Of a stretch of DNA of 34,731 nucleotides, positions 15,694 through 24,763 are shown piece after piece. The stretch comes from a virus (taxonomy: Duplodnaviria; Caudoviricetes). Numbering within the stretch: position 1 is the first letter of the stretch; every line of letters begins with the position of its first letter. A model generated the notes under the pieces. That model had not been told where the DNA came from and made no database searches. It saw only the letters and a program-made list of their open reading frames with translations. The stretch spans positions 1 to 34,731 of the IMG/VR virus record IMGVR_UViG_3300032296_003686; one strand, written 5' to 3'. A program made the position numbers and the translations under genes.

Positions 15694-16731
15694 TTATTTC
15701 CACGCCGCGTTGATTTGATCGTCCTGCGGAATGAGGTGCCCGTAGGTGTCCTCGACCACCTCCAGCGTATCGCCGAGCCACTTGGCGACTTTGTAGATCG
15801 ACACGCCTTTGCTCACGAGCAGCGAGGCAAACGTGCGGCGCAGATCGTGAAACGTATACTCAGCCAGGCCGCAGCGATCGAGCAGGCTGTTGAACGACCG
15901 GATGAAATCCGTCCGGTAGCGGCTCTCCCCGTGCCTCTCCGCAGGCCGGAACATGAACGGAATGCCGAGCCCGAACTGCTCCACATACGCATGCAGCTCG
16001 TCGCTCATCGGAATCGTCCGGTTGTCGCGATCCTTGGGCGTGAACGTTTCCGTCGTCTGCACGTGAATGAGCTTGGCCTCCATGTCGAACCAGTTGGTCC
16101 GCGCCTCGATCACCTCATCTTTGCGCAGACCCGCGTGCGCGCCGCAGTAGATGGCGAACTTCAGCTCCGGATCGCTGCAGGCATCCAGGAGCCTGCGCAC
16201 CTGCTCCGGACGCATGAACAGCCGCCGCCGGCGCGGAGGCAGAATCGGCGTCCGGATCTCGGCCGCCAGATTCCGTGTCAGCTTTCCTTTTTCCACCAGC
16301 CACGTCATCCACCACTTCACCTGGTTCAGATAAGCCTCGGCCGTGTAGGCATTCACCTTCGCCGTCGCATCATACCACTGCTGAATCATCCGCTGGGAGA
16401 TGAGGCGCGGCGAGCTGGCGCTGATCGCCTTCGCAAAGGCATGCAGCACATAACCACGCGACTCCATGGTCGCGTGGGAAAGCCCGCGGCGGATCTCGGC
16501 GGCGACATACGCATCGACCTCCGCATCGCTTGCGTCGGCCGCCTCGCGCTTCGCAGGGCCATCCGTGCGACGAATACGCCCCGCCTCCTGGATCGCCTCC
16601 ACGAGGTCCGTGGTGCCGAGAGATTGGCGCACCTGGGCACCACCAGGCACCGGCGTCCACCGCAACCAGAACGACTGGCCACGACGATAGATCCCCTTCG
16701 GAATTTTCAGGCCTGTGCTTTTGGAGCCCAT
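15694..16731 (-). CDS. int: Tyrosine integrase
   Basis: HAGLRKDE (R), FHDLRRTFAS (HxxR), WLGD and TYGH (Y). Start taken at MGSKSTG (16731), downstream of attP. Confidence 0.95.
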   Translation of the reverse strand: MGSKSTGLKIPKGIYRRGQSFWLRWTPVPGGAQVRQSLGTTDLVEAIQEAGRIRRTDGPAKREAADASDAEVDAYVAAEIRRGLSHATMESRGYVLHAFAKAISASSPRLISQRMIQQWYDATAKVNAYTAEAYLNQVKWWMTWLVEKGKLTRNLAAEIRTPILPPRRRRLFMRPEQVRRLLDACSDPELKFAIYCGAHAGLRKDEVIEARTNWFDMEAKLIHVQTTETFTPKDRDNRTIPMSDELHAYVEQFGLGIPFMFRPAERHGESRYRTDFIRSFNSLLDRCGLAEYTFHDLRRTFASLLVSKGVSIYKVAKWLGDTLEVVEDTYGHLIPQDDQINAAWK

Positions 16732-16732
16732 G

Positions 16733-16927
<195 letters not shown>

Positions 16928-16973
16928 TAACGGCGGTGTTGACGGGGCGCGGTTGACAGGGAGGATGTGGGGT

Positions 16974-17180
16974 ATGAACTGGGATAATCCTTTTGCGACG
17001 CCGCTGAGCTTGCTCATCTGGTTTTTTGTTTTGCTGATCGCGATCGCGACGCTGCTGATGCCGCTGTATGTGATCTCGATGCATACGCAGCTGAAGAAGA
17101 TGGGGAAGCAGATGGAGAAGCTGCTGTGGCATGTGCAGAAGCACCACGAACGCGAGGAGCGCCGCTCAGAGCGTGAATGA
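16974..17180 (+). CDS. Small membrane protein
   Basis: MNWDNPFATPLSLLIWFFVLLIAIATLLMPLYVISM...*, 68 aa, long hydrophobic stretch with charged tail. Confidence 0.75.
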   Translation: MNWDNPFATPLSLLIWFFVLLIAIATLLMPLYVISMHTQLKKMGKQMEKLLWHVQKHHEREERRSERE

Positions 17181-17228
17181 AAAAGCCCGCTCGAAAAAGC
17201 ATGTTGTTCACGCTTTAGCGTGGGCATG

Positions 17229-17257
17229 AAAAAGCCCGCTCGATGAGCGGGCTTTTT
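17229..17257. terminator. Bidirectional intrinsic terminator
   Basis: AAAAAGCCCGCTC-GAT-GAGCGGGCTTTTT between convergent genes. Confidence 0.9.
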
Positions 17258-17293
17258 GCTGACAAGGATAACCTGATTGACCGGATTGACGGG

Positions 17294-17401
17294 CTACCAG
17301 CGGCGATTGCTCTTGGATGCGGCACCTGCGAGCACCATGCCTCCGATGACGACCAGGGCGATGAAAAAAATGCCGGCGGCGTTTTGGAGGAATTCCCACA
17401 T
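17294..17401 (-). CDS. 35-aa single-TM peptide downstream of repressor (not in ORF track)
   Basis: MWEFLQNAAGIFFIALVVIGGMVLAGAASKSNRRW*. Starts 8 nt after the repressor stop. Confidence 0.65.
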   Translation of the reverse strand: MWEFLQNAAGIFFIALVVIGGMVLAGAASKSNRRW

Positions 17402-17409
17402 GGCCTGAA

Positions 17410-17811
17410 TCAGGGTTCGTTGTTGTCTTTGTCGTGCTCTTCGGCGATGCGGCGCTCTGGAACGGTGCCGCCCATGCCGCTGGTGTATTGGACGGGTTTG
17501 CGGGCTGTTTCGCGTTGGCGGATGCGTTCCTGAATTTTGGGGCGAAGGGCGTCGGCCACGAGCTGGTGCATGCTGATGCCGAGTTCGCGGCAGATGTCGT
17601 AGAGTTCGCTGAGTTCATCGATGGTGAGCTCGATGGGCAACGTGCGATACATTTTTTCAGCAACCCAATCGGGGATGGAGCGAGAGCCCGGTTTGTTAGG
17701 ATCGGTTTCCCACTGAACGATGGCTCCGGCAGAGCAGCCTAGTTCCTTGGCGAGTTCTTCGCGAGTGAGGCCGCGATCTGCGCGGAGTTTTCGAAGGATG
17801 TCGTGTGTCAT
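17410..17811 (-). CDS. Immunity repressor, XRE-family HTH
   Basis: LRKLRADRGLTREELAKELGCSAGAIVQWET. Divergent from the early operon. No S24 peptidase domain. Confidence 0.88.
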   Translation of the reverse strand: MTHDILRKLRADRGLTREELAKELGCSAGAIVQWETDPNKPGSRSIPDWVAEKMYRTLPIELTIDELSELYDICRELGISMHQLVADALRPKIQERIRQRETARKPVQYTSGMGGTVPERRIAEEHDKDNNEP

Positions 17812-17834
17812 AAGGCCTTAAGGTGCCCCTTGTT

Positions 17835-17912
17835 TTATCAATGACAAACTTTTTTATTGACTCGGTTTTATCAGTGATTAAATAGCGGCGTAGCTTTTTC
17901 AATCACTGACAA
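17835..17912. promoter_or_regulatory. Three putative operators in the AT-rich divergent control region
   Basis: TTATCAaTGACAA (17835), TTATCAgTGATTA (17868), CAATCAcTGACAA (17900). A TTGACT at 17857 lies between the first two. Confidence 0.7.
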
Positions 17913-17913
17913 C

Positions 17914-18099
17914 ATGAAACTTACCGCCGATTTTACCGACGACCTTGAACCTGCCGAGCTGGAGGAGCTGGTGCTGATGAGCCGCGAGGAGCAGGTGCCT
18001 GTGGGCAAGCTGATCCTGAATGCGGCCCGCGCGCTGGTGGGCATGCGCCGCAACCGCGAACTGGGAACGGCGAACCAAGAACGGCCGAAGGCCGCCTGA
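17914..18099 (+). CDS. Small Cro-position regulator (ribbon-helix-helix-like)
   Basis: 61 aa, first gene divergent from the repressor, ends in KAA. Confidence 0.7.
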   Translation: MKLTADFTDDLEPAELEELVLMSREEQVPVGKLILNAARALVGMRRNRELGTANQERPKAA

Positions 18100-18247
18100 C
18101 ACCCCTTTCCCCGCCCGCTCGGCGCTCTGGGGGCTCGATGAGCCCTGCTCTGGGGAGAGCTGGAGCGCGGGGCGAGGCGGGGACTCAATGAACCGAAACG
18201 CACGCTGAAGCGTGAACAACGAACCAACAAACCATCGGAGGAAGACG

Positions 18248-18889
18248 ATGAACACGAACCCAGCAGAGAGCCGAGAGCAGAAAGCAGAGACGCAGAAGAG
18301 CCTGAGCAAAGGGCCGGGGCCGCTGTGGAAGCAGGCTTGGTTTCAGGTGCCTCATCAGGCGTTGGTGGATTTTGGGATTGCGCGTGAGCGTGCTCTTGAT
18401 GCCCGCCGCACTGCGCGGGAGTTGAAGCTGCCTTCTGTCATCGAGACAGCGCGCTGGTATGCGAAGGAGGCTCGGCGTTGCTGGGGGCTGGCGATGGTGG
18501 GATTCTCTCCGTCTCATAGTCTCCCGGTCTCCCAGTCTGGAAAGGGGCGTGGCGGCGTGAATCGCTTTGTTCCTACCCGTCCTTCGACGATTTTCCGCCA
18601 GGCGCTGATGCGGCTGGAGCTGCCGCCGATGACGCTGGCGCAGGCTCAGTGCCTGCGTGGCTTGGAGCGCGGGCCGATGACGGCGGTGCGCAGTGCGCAT
18701 CGTGGCTGGCGCGCGCCGGATACGGCGGTGGGGATGCTGATTGGCCGGGTGCTGGCGCATTATGTGCCGGCGGCGACGCCGGGCGAGGCTCCGAGCTACC
18801 AGATCACGCATCGTGGCCGCGAGGTGGTGGCGCGGCTGCTGGGGGATGAGGAGACGCGGGCGCTGGTGGACGTGACTTCGATGACCTGA
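18248..18889 (+). CDS. Hypothetical early protein, possible C-terminal winged helix
   Basis: G3-rich codons, with YQITHRGREVV near the end. Start uncertain (18212 or 18248). Confidence 0.6.
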   Translation: MNTNPAESREQKAETQKSLSKGPGPLWKQAWFQVPHQALVDFGIARERALDARRTARELKLPSVIETARWYAKEARRCWGLAMVGFSPSHSLPVSQSGKGRGGVNRFVPTRPSTIFRQALMRLELPPMTLAQAQCLRGLERGPMTAVRSAHRGWRAPDTAVGMLIGRVLAHYVPAATPGEAPSYQITHRGREVVARLLGDEETRALVDVTSMT

Positions 18890-18938
18890 CTGACCTGACT
18901 GACGGAACTTGGAACTTTGAACCTGAAACTTTGAACCT

Positions 18939-19748
18939 ATGACTTTGCATCGTGAACTGAGACCGTGTGAGTTGCTGCAGCTGGAGAAATTCCGGCCGCG
19001 CCGGGTGCGACGTAACTGGCGTGCGACGCTTTGGACGGCGCTGCGGATGCTGGTGCTTTCGGCGATCTGTGGCGCGGCGTGGAGTGCGGCGAAGGCTGCG
19101 GAGCCGGTGCCGCATGCGCAGCCGCTGACGCAGCGTGAGCGGGCGGAGGGAGTCTGGATCGTCGGCGGGCTGCTGCTGGGTCTGATGACGCTGGTGGCGC
19201 TGGCGGTGCGGAAGCAGGGGCGCGAGCGTCGGGGCCTGGGTGAGGTGTATGCGGAGGAAGATCCGTATGCGGGGCATTGGCCGAATGCGGAGGCGGAGCC
19301 CAAGCCATTGAAGATTGAAAAATCGAAAAACGAGATTGGAGAATCCTGGGATGTGGGGCCGCTGGAGTGCCTCTCCGAGGCGCTGATTGTCTCCCCGTCT
19401 CCCAGTCTCCCGGTCTCCGAGTCTGATCCGCTGGCTCTGCCGGCGGAGGGCCTGACGACGGAAGAAACGGCGCGGATTTTGAAGGCGGTCGCGGATGAGC
19501 TGAGGCTGACGCGGGAGCTGGTGCGTGGGGCGCTGCGGGCGTTTGGGGTCGAGGACTACGGCGATGCGCTGGATGGCGCGGAGCGCCGCCTGGGGCTGCT
19601 GCGGACGACGGTGCTGGAGCTGTGGGCGAAATTCAAACCTGACGTGGAAAGCGGGGTGGAGGGTGAGTGCATCCGCCAGCGGGCGGCTTCTGAACTCACT
19701 GATTCATCACGCTCTGATTCAAAACTGAACGCGGGAGGTGCTGTATGA
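18939..19748 (+). CDS. Hypothetical membrane-associated early protein
   Basis: Two hydrophobic segments and ATGA overlap with the next gene. Confidence 0.65.
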   Translation: MTLHRELRPCELLQLEKFRPRRVRRNWRATLWTALRMLVLSAICGAAWSAAKAAEPVPHAQPLTQRERAEGVWIVGGLLLGLMTLVALAVRKQGRERRGLGEVYAEEDPYAGHWPNAEAEPKPLKIEKSKNEIGESWDVGPLECLSEALIVSPSPSLPVSESDPLALPAEGLTTEETARILKAVADELRLTRELVRGALRAFGVEDYGDALDGAERRLGLLRTTVLELWAKFKPDVESGVEGECIRQRAASELTDSSRSDSKLNAGGAV

Positions 19749-19984
19749 GCACGAAGCGCCGACAGTTTTTCCCGACGCCTGCGCACATGACGCAGAGTGA
19801 GGCGATGGAGTTCCTCCGCCGGCAGGTCTTCGAAGATGCGGTTCAGGCCGGATGGCTGAAGCCGTGCGCGCGCAAGGAAGGCCGGGGCAAGGACACGATC
19901 TTCTATGCCTTTGTGAGCGTGCAGGATGTGAGTCTGCGGATCGCATCCGGAGAGTATCCCAAACCTGAGGAGGTGGAGCGATGA
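19745..19984 (+). CDS. Putative excisionase / MerR-like DNA-binding protein
   Basis: 79 aa, MTQSEAMEFL...AGWLKP...IFY pattern, ATGA-coupled on both sides. Confidence 0.55.
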   Translation: MSTKRRQFFPTPAHMTQSEAMEFLRRQVFEDAVQAGWLKPCARKEGRGKDTIFYAFVSVQDVSLRIASGEYPKPEEVER

Positions 19985-20298
19985 GTGCGGATGTGTATGA
20001 GCTGCGGCCGGAGCCGAAGTTTGAGCGGGCGCAGGATGCGCAGCGCGGGGTGATCGTGCGGGTGAAGGCGCTCCTCGATGGCGATGTGACGCCGGTGATG
20101 GGGCCGGATGAGCTGGAGATTTTGGCGCTGCAGTTTCAACTGGCGGCGGCAAATCTGCGCACGGCTGCGCGGGATCTGCGCGAGTGCGAGGAGGAGCGGC
20201 GCAGGCTGGCGGCGTGGCGTGAGCGTGAGGAGCGGCGCTTTGAGCGGGTGCCGGATGAGTATCCTGCTGAAGACATGGAAGGGAGGGCTGCTGCATGA
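19981..20298 (+). CDS. Hypothetical protein
   Basis: 105 aa, ATGA overlaps on both sides. Confidence 0.7.
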   Translation: MSADVYELRPEPKFERAQDAQRGVIVRVKALLDGDVTPVMGPDELEILALQFQLAAANLRTAARDLRECEEERRRLAAWREREERRFERVPDEYPAEDMEGRAAA

Positions 20299-21056
20299 GC
20301 CGGGCGCGTGAGGAGTATGAGGCGCAGGTGGGTGGGGTGCTTTCGCATGTGTGGAAGCGGGAGGGGGAGTTTCTCGTCGTGGATCCGGCGGATCTGCGGA
20401 CGCCGGTGACGGCGGTGCTGGAGGCTGAGGAAGGGTCGACACGTGTCGACCAAGACTTCACGCCGCTGGAGGTGGCGGATCTGGCGGAGGCGTCTGCGGA
20501 TGAGCTGCTGGAGGAGGTGCTGCGGCTGCGGGGCCAGTGCCTGGAGGCGGGGCTGCGGACGCAGCGGGTATTTTTTGATTTCTTGTTTGCGGAGGGTCCG
20601 GATCCGATCGCGGTGCTGGAGCGACTGTTTCTTTACGTGAGCGTGCGGAGCCGGCATCACGTGTGGGGGGCGCGCGATACGGAGATTTCGATGCTGTTCG
20701 GGCATTCGAAGCAGAACTGGCAGCACAAGGTGGAGCGGATCATCGAGGACCTGGTGACGCGGTTTAGTCGCTCGGAGTTTATTCATTCGGGCGGGAAGAG
20801 TCACTCGGCGCGGCTGGCGTATGCAAAGCGGAGCAAGGGGAACACGAGCCGCAAGGGCGGGCGTCGTTCCGGCGATGAGCTGCCGCCGCTGCCGGCGAAG
20901 CGGGATGAGGAGGAGACGCTGAGCAGCCAGGCGAAGCGCCGGGCGCGCGAGATGCGGGAGGATGCGCTGCGTAGGCAGTATGCGCGGGAGTTTAAGTGCC
21001 GGCCGGAGGAGATCGATCTGAGCCGGATCGATCCGGATTGGGAGGGGCCGGAGTGA
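20295..21056 (+). CDS. Hypothetical protein with HTH-like segment (candidate transcription regulator)
   Basis: GARDTEISMLFGHSKQNWQHKVERII followed by a basic region. Confidence 0.65.
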   Translation: MSRAREEYEAQVGGVLSHVWKREGEFLVVDPADLRTPVTAVLEAEEGSTRVDQDFTPLEVADLAEASADELLEEVLRLRGQCLEAGLRTQRVFFDFLFAEGPDPIAVLERLFLYVSVRSRHHVWGARDTEISMLFGHSKQNWQHKVERIIEDLVTRFSRSEFIHSGGKSHSARLAYAKRSKGNTSRKGGRRSGDELPPLPAKRDEEETLSSQAKRRAREMREDALRRQYAREFKCRPEEIDLSRIDPDWEGPE

Positions 21057-21132
21057 CGGGACTGACCTGAATGACCTGAATGACCGCAGTGACGATTTTT
21101 TCCTGAACCACAAACCAAACTGATGCACGACC

Positions 21133-23442
21133 ATGATTGCAGACCTCGAAAACCACACTGGCACGCTGAAGCGTGAACAACCGACGACGGAGATCCAACG
21201 CCTGAACCTGGGGATGCTGCATGCGTCTCCGACGAACCCGAGACAGCACTTTGATGCGGAGGCGCTGGCGGAGCTGGCGGAGAGCATCGAGCAGCACGGG
21301 GTGAAGATGCCGCTGCTGGCGCGGCCTTCGAAGGTGGAGCCGGGGAAGTTTGAGATCGTGGCGGGTGAGCGCCGTTTCCGCGCGAGCACGCTGCTGGTGA
21401 CGAATCTGCCGGAGCGCATGGGATTGGCGGCGGAGAATCCGGAGCTGCTGGAAAGGCTGGAGTCGCTGCATGCGGCGCGCGTGGATGTGCCGGTGATCGT
21501 GGAGGATCTGGATGATGCGACGGTGCTGGAGCTGCAGCTGATCGAGAACCTGCAACGGCGCGACCTGACGGCTCTGGAGGAGGCGCGGGGCTATCAGAGG
21601 CTGCTGGGTCTGAAGGACAAGGACTACACGCCGGCGAAGATCGCGCAGAAGATCGGGAAGTCGGTGGATACGGTGCTGAACAAGCTGAAGATGCTGAAGG
21701 CTCCGGTGAGCCTGCAGAAGGCGCTGGAGGAGGGGCTGGTGGGTGAGCGGCATTTGCTGCTGGTGGCGCGTGTGCCGAGTGCGAAGGCGCGTGAGGAGCT
21801 GGCGCTGCTGGTGATCGAGGGCGAGTATGATTACGATGCGGATGCGAAGGTGCCGCTGGGGGTGCGTGACCTGGGCATTTTGATCAAGCGTGATTATTGC
21901 GCGAGTTTGAAGGGGGTGCCGTGGAGGCTGGAGGATGGGGCTTTGGTGCCGGATGCGGGTGCGTGTGTGTCGTGCCCGCATTTTGCGCGCTTTGCGGCGG
22001 AGCAGGACAAAGACCTGGCGCAGGAGCTGGGGAATGGTCGCGGCCAGACGGATCCGCTGACGTGCATGAATCCGGGGTGTGCGAAGAAGAAGCATGCGGC
22101 GGTGTTTAAGCTGAAGAAGGAGGAGGCGAAGAAGCTGGGGACGGTGACGGTGCTGAGTCCGGATGAGGCTGCGAAGCTGGTGCATGATGGCGGGAGCCTG
22201 CGGACGACGGCGGTGGTGAATCTGGATGAGAGACCGGGGTGGGATCACACGGGCCATTATGACAATGACAAGCTGCCGACGTGGCGTGAGCTGGTGGAGG
22301 ATCGGCTGCCGGCGGGTGCGGTGAAGGTGGCGAACCTGAAGGAGGCGGGCGTGGTGGAGCTGGTGGATACGAAGCTGGCGCTGGCGGCGGCGCGTGAGCA
22401 TGCGAAGCATGGGAAGCGCCTGCTGAAGGCATCGACGGGGGCGAAGAAGCTGCTGACGGATGCGGAGAAGAAGGAAAAGGAGAGGAAGGCTTTTGAGGAG
22501 CAGGTGGCGTCGCGCTCGAAGCTGGTGCTGATGACGTATTTGTCCGACCGCGCGGCGGAGAAGGGGATGGATCGTGACGCGGGCCTGGCGGTGCTGGAGG
22601 CGGTGCTGCATGAGGCGGGGAAGGATGGCTGCCAGATGCTGGCGGAGACGCTCATGATCGCGCCGCGTGAGAAGCTGAAGAATGAGATGGGGGTGACGGC
22701 GGCGGCTTATCGTGAGCCGATCCTGGCGGCGCTGCGGATGCAGGATGCGGGGAAGCCGGTGATCGATGCGATGATCATGCTGGCGGTGATCGCGAAGTAT
22801 GTGCGGACGTGGGGGATTGATTTTGAGGCGCTGCGTCCGCTGCAGGCGCATTTTGGCTTTGATCGGAAGACGATCGAGGCGCTGGCGACGGCGGAGGTGA
22901 AGGCGGAGCTGGCTGAGAAGGCGGCGAAGAAGAAGCCGGAGTCGAAGCCGGTGAAGAACAGCGTGGATCCGACACGTGTCGACAGCGCGAAGGAGGCGAG
23001 CAAGACGAAGGCGGCTGATAAACGCCACAAGGAGAAGGTGGGGGGCGGAGAGCGGAGGGCTGAGGGCGAAGAGCCGAAGCCGTTTGTCCGCAAAGTGGAG
23101 GATTACTGCTGCGATGGCTGCAAGTGTCAGCTTTCGGTGCCTTTTGGCAAAGGTGATGAGGCGGCGCGGCTCGCTGAGGGCCAGATGGAATGCGTGGCCT
23201 GCGGTGGCGAATGGCAACCTTATGCCCCCGTTGAGGCGGGCATTGCTGAAGCGAAGCTGGGAAAGGCTACGGGCTGGACGCCGGCGGATATCGAGCAGGG
23301 CGCGCAACTGCTGAAGGATGAGAAGGTGAACATGGTCACGCTGATCGGCTCGAAGCCGGATCGGAAGAAGGACGCGATCGCTTACAAGAACTGGAACGGG
23401 CTGCGGATGAAGCTGCTGCGGAAGGCGGGGCTGCAGAAGTGA
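21133..23442 (+). CDS. parB: Large ParB-family protein
   Basis: SPTNPRQHFD..LAELAESI...FEIVAGERRFRA (CTPase box), LIENLQRRDL, HTH IAQKIGKS, and Cys clusters CVSCP/CMNPGC and CDGC/CVAC. Confidence 0.92.
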   Translation: MIADLENHTGTLKREQPTTEIQRLNLGMLHASPTNPRQHFDAEALAELAESIEQHGVKMPLLARPSKVEPGKFEIVAGERRFRASTLLVTNLPERMGLAAENPELLERLESLHAARVDVPVIVEDLDDATVLELQLIENLQRRDLTALEEARGYQRLLGLKDKDYTPAKIAQKIGKSVDTVLNKLKMLKAPVSLQKALEEGLVGERHLLLVARVPSAKAREELALLVIEGEYDYDADAKVPLGVRDLGILIKRDYCASLKGVPWRLEDGALVPDAGACVSCPHFARFAAEQDKDLAQELGNGRGQTDPLTCMNPGCAKKKHAAVFKLKKEEAKKLGTVTVLSPDEAAKLVHDGGSLRTTAVVNLDERPGWDHTGHYDNDKLPTWRELVEDRLPAGAVKVANLKEAGVVELVDTKLALAAAREHAKHGKRLLKASTGAKKLLTDAEKKEKERKAFEEQVASRSKLVLMTYLSDRAAEKGMDRDAGLAVLEAVLHEAGKDGCQMLAETLMIAPREKLKNEMGVTAAAYREPILAALRMQDAGKPVIDAMIMLAVIAKYVRTWGIDFEALRPLQAHFGFDRKTIEALATAEVKAELAEKAAKKKPESKPVKNSVDPTRVDSAKEASKTKAADKRHKEKVGGGERRAEGEEPKPFVRKVEDYCCDGCKCQLSVPFGKGDEAARLAEGQMECVACGGEWQPYAPVEAGIAEAKLGKATGWTPADIEQGAQLLKDEKVNMVTLIGSKPDRKKDAIAYKNWNGLRMKLLRKAGLQK

Positions 23443-23521
23443 CCGGAGTGACCTGAATGACGGGGAGGCACGCTGAAGCGTGAACAACGAACGAAGAACG
23501 AAGAACGAAGAACTGACTGCT

Positions 23522-24763
23522 ATGCCTGAGAATTCCAATGCGATGCCGATGCCGTCTCAGATCGAGATGGCGGAGCTGTGGGTGCGTGAGGAGGCGGAGG
23601 CGTCGATCAGCGGGAGCGGGGGGCATGATACGACCTTCAAGGTGTGCTGCACGCTGGTGCATGGCTTTGACCTGGGGGATGCGGATTTGTTTTCGGTGCT
23701 GTCGTCTTACAACGGTGCGAAGTGCAATCCTCCGTGGACGGAGTCGGAGCTGAATCATAAGCTGGCGGGGGCGCGGAGCTCATCGAGCCGGTATCCGAAG
23801 GGCTGGCTGTATCGGAAGCTGTGCCGGGCGCGGGGGATGTGGAAGCCGGGCGGGTGGAGACAGGGAGACCCTGAGACAAGGAGACAGGGAGACTTCAATT
23901 TGGAGGCTCAAGCGCCGAAGCATGAGGTGCGGTGGAAGCTGCCGTTTGATCTGGAGGCGCTGCGGGCGATGCAGCCGGCGGGCGTGACGATCGATGAGGA
24001 GTGGCTGGCGGCGCGTTCGCCAGTGGATGTGCGGACGACGGATACGGCGGGCTTTTTGAACGCGGTGTTTGATCGGGAGGATATGGTGCTGATTTTTACT
24101 AAGTTCGGGAGCCAGGGGCAGTTCATGTGGTGGCGGGGGCGGGCTTATTTGCTCGCGGCAAGGCCGGGGGTCGCGGCGCAGCGTGAGGTGAAGCTCTACG
24201 GGGGGAAGACGGAGCCGGTGCGGCTGCCGAAGGGCGGGCCGGATGGGGTGTGGTTCCTGTCGCAGCCTGTGAATGGGAAGTGGCTGCCGAATCCGCGTGA
24301 GATGGATCGTGTGACGAACGAGCCGAAGATGAGCCGTCGCTCGGAGGAATCGGTGGTGAGCTGGCGGCACCTGGTGCTGGAGGCGGACCCGGAGGAGTGG
24401 GTGAAGAAGGATAAGGCGCTGCTGGCGGAGTTTGAGCGCTGCTGGCTGGGCTTTCTGGCGATGCTGCCGCTGCCGATCAAGGCGATCTACACGAGCGGGG
24501 GGAAGAGCACGCATGCGCTGGTGAGTCTGCCGTGTGAGACGAAGGAGCGCTTTGATGCGCGGAAGCGGCTGCTGGGGCCGCTGTTTTCCAAGCTGGGGGC
24601 GGATGCGGCGGCGATGAAGGCGGTGCAGCTGACGCGGCTGCCGGGCTGTCTGCGCGGGGAGCGGCTGCAAAAGCTGCTGTATCTGAATCCGAGCCCGGAC
24701 CCGAGCGGTGTGCCGCTGATCGAATCGGGGGTGCCGGTGCGCGTGGAAGGGGGCGAGGCATGA
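23522..24763 (+). CDS. Primase-like protein (N-terminal PriCT-like domain, C-terminal AEP/RepB-like domain)
   Basis: GGHDTTF...YN..CNPPWTESEL (PriCT-like), HLVLEAD, YTSGGKSTHALV, QLTRLPG. Start uncertain (23480 or 23522). Confidence 0.75.
   Translation: MPENSNAMPMPSQIEMAELWVREEAEASISGSGGHDTTFKVCCTLVHGFDLGDADLFSVLSSYNGAKCNPPWTESELNHKLAGARSSSSRYPKGWLYRKLCRARGMWKPGGWRQGDPETRRQGDFNLEAQAPKHEVRWKLPFDLEALRAMQPAGVTIDEEWLAARSPVDVRTTDTAGFLNAVFDREDMVLIFTKFGSQGQFMWWRGRAYLLAARPGVAAQREVKLYGGKTEPVRLPKGGPDGVWFLSQPVNGKWLPNPREMDRVTNEPKMSRRSEESVVSWRHLVLEADPEEWVKKDKALLAEFERCWLGFLAMLPLPIKAIYTSGGKSTHALVSLPCETKERFDARKRLLGPLFSKLGADAAAMKAVQLTRLPGCLRGERLQKLLYLNPSPDPSGVPLIESGVPVRVEGGEA

Noticed and set aside
15694-16731. 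Phage integrase as the IntI for the cassette array
   Set aside because: I see no IntI-specific insertion between the catalytic boxes, and it sits next to a tRNA-type attP. A moonlighting role cannot be excluded without testing.
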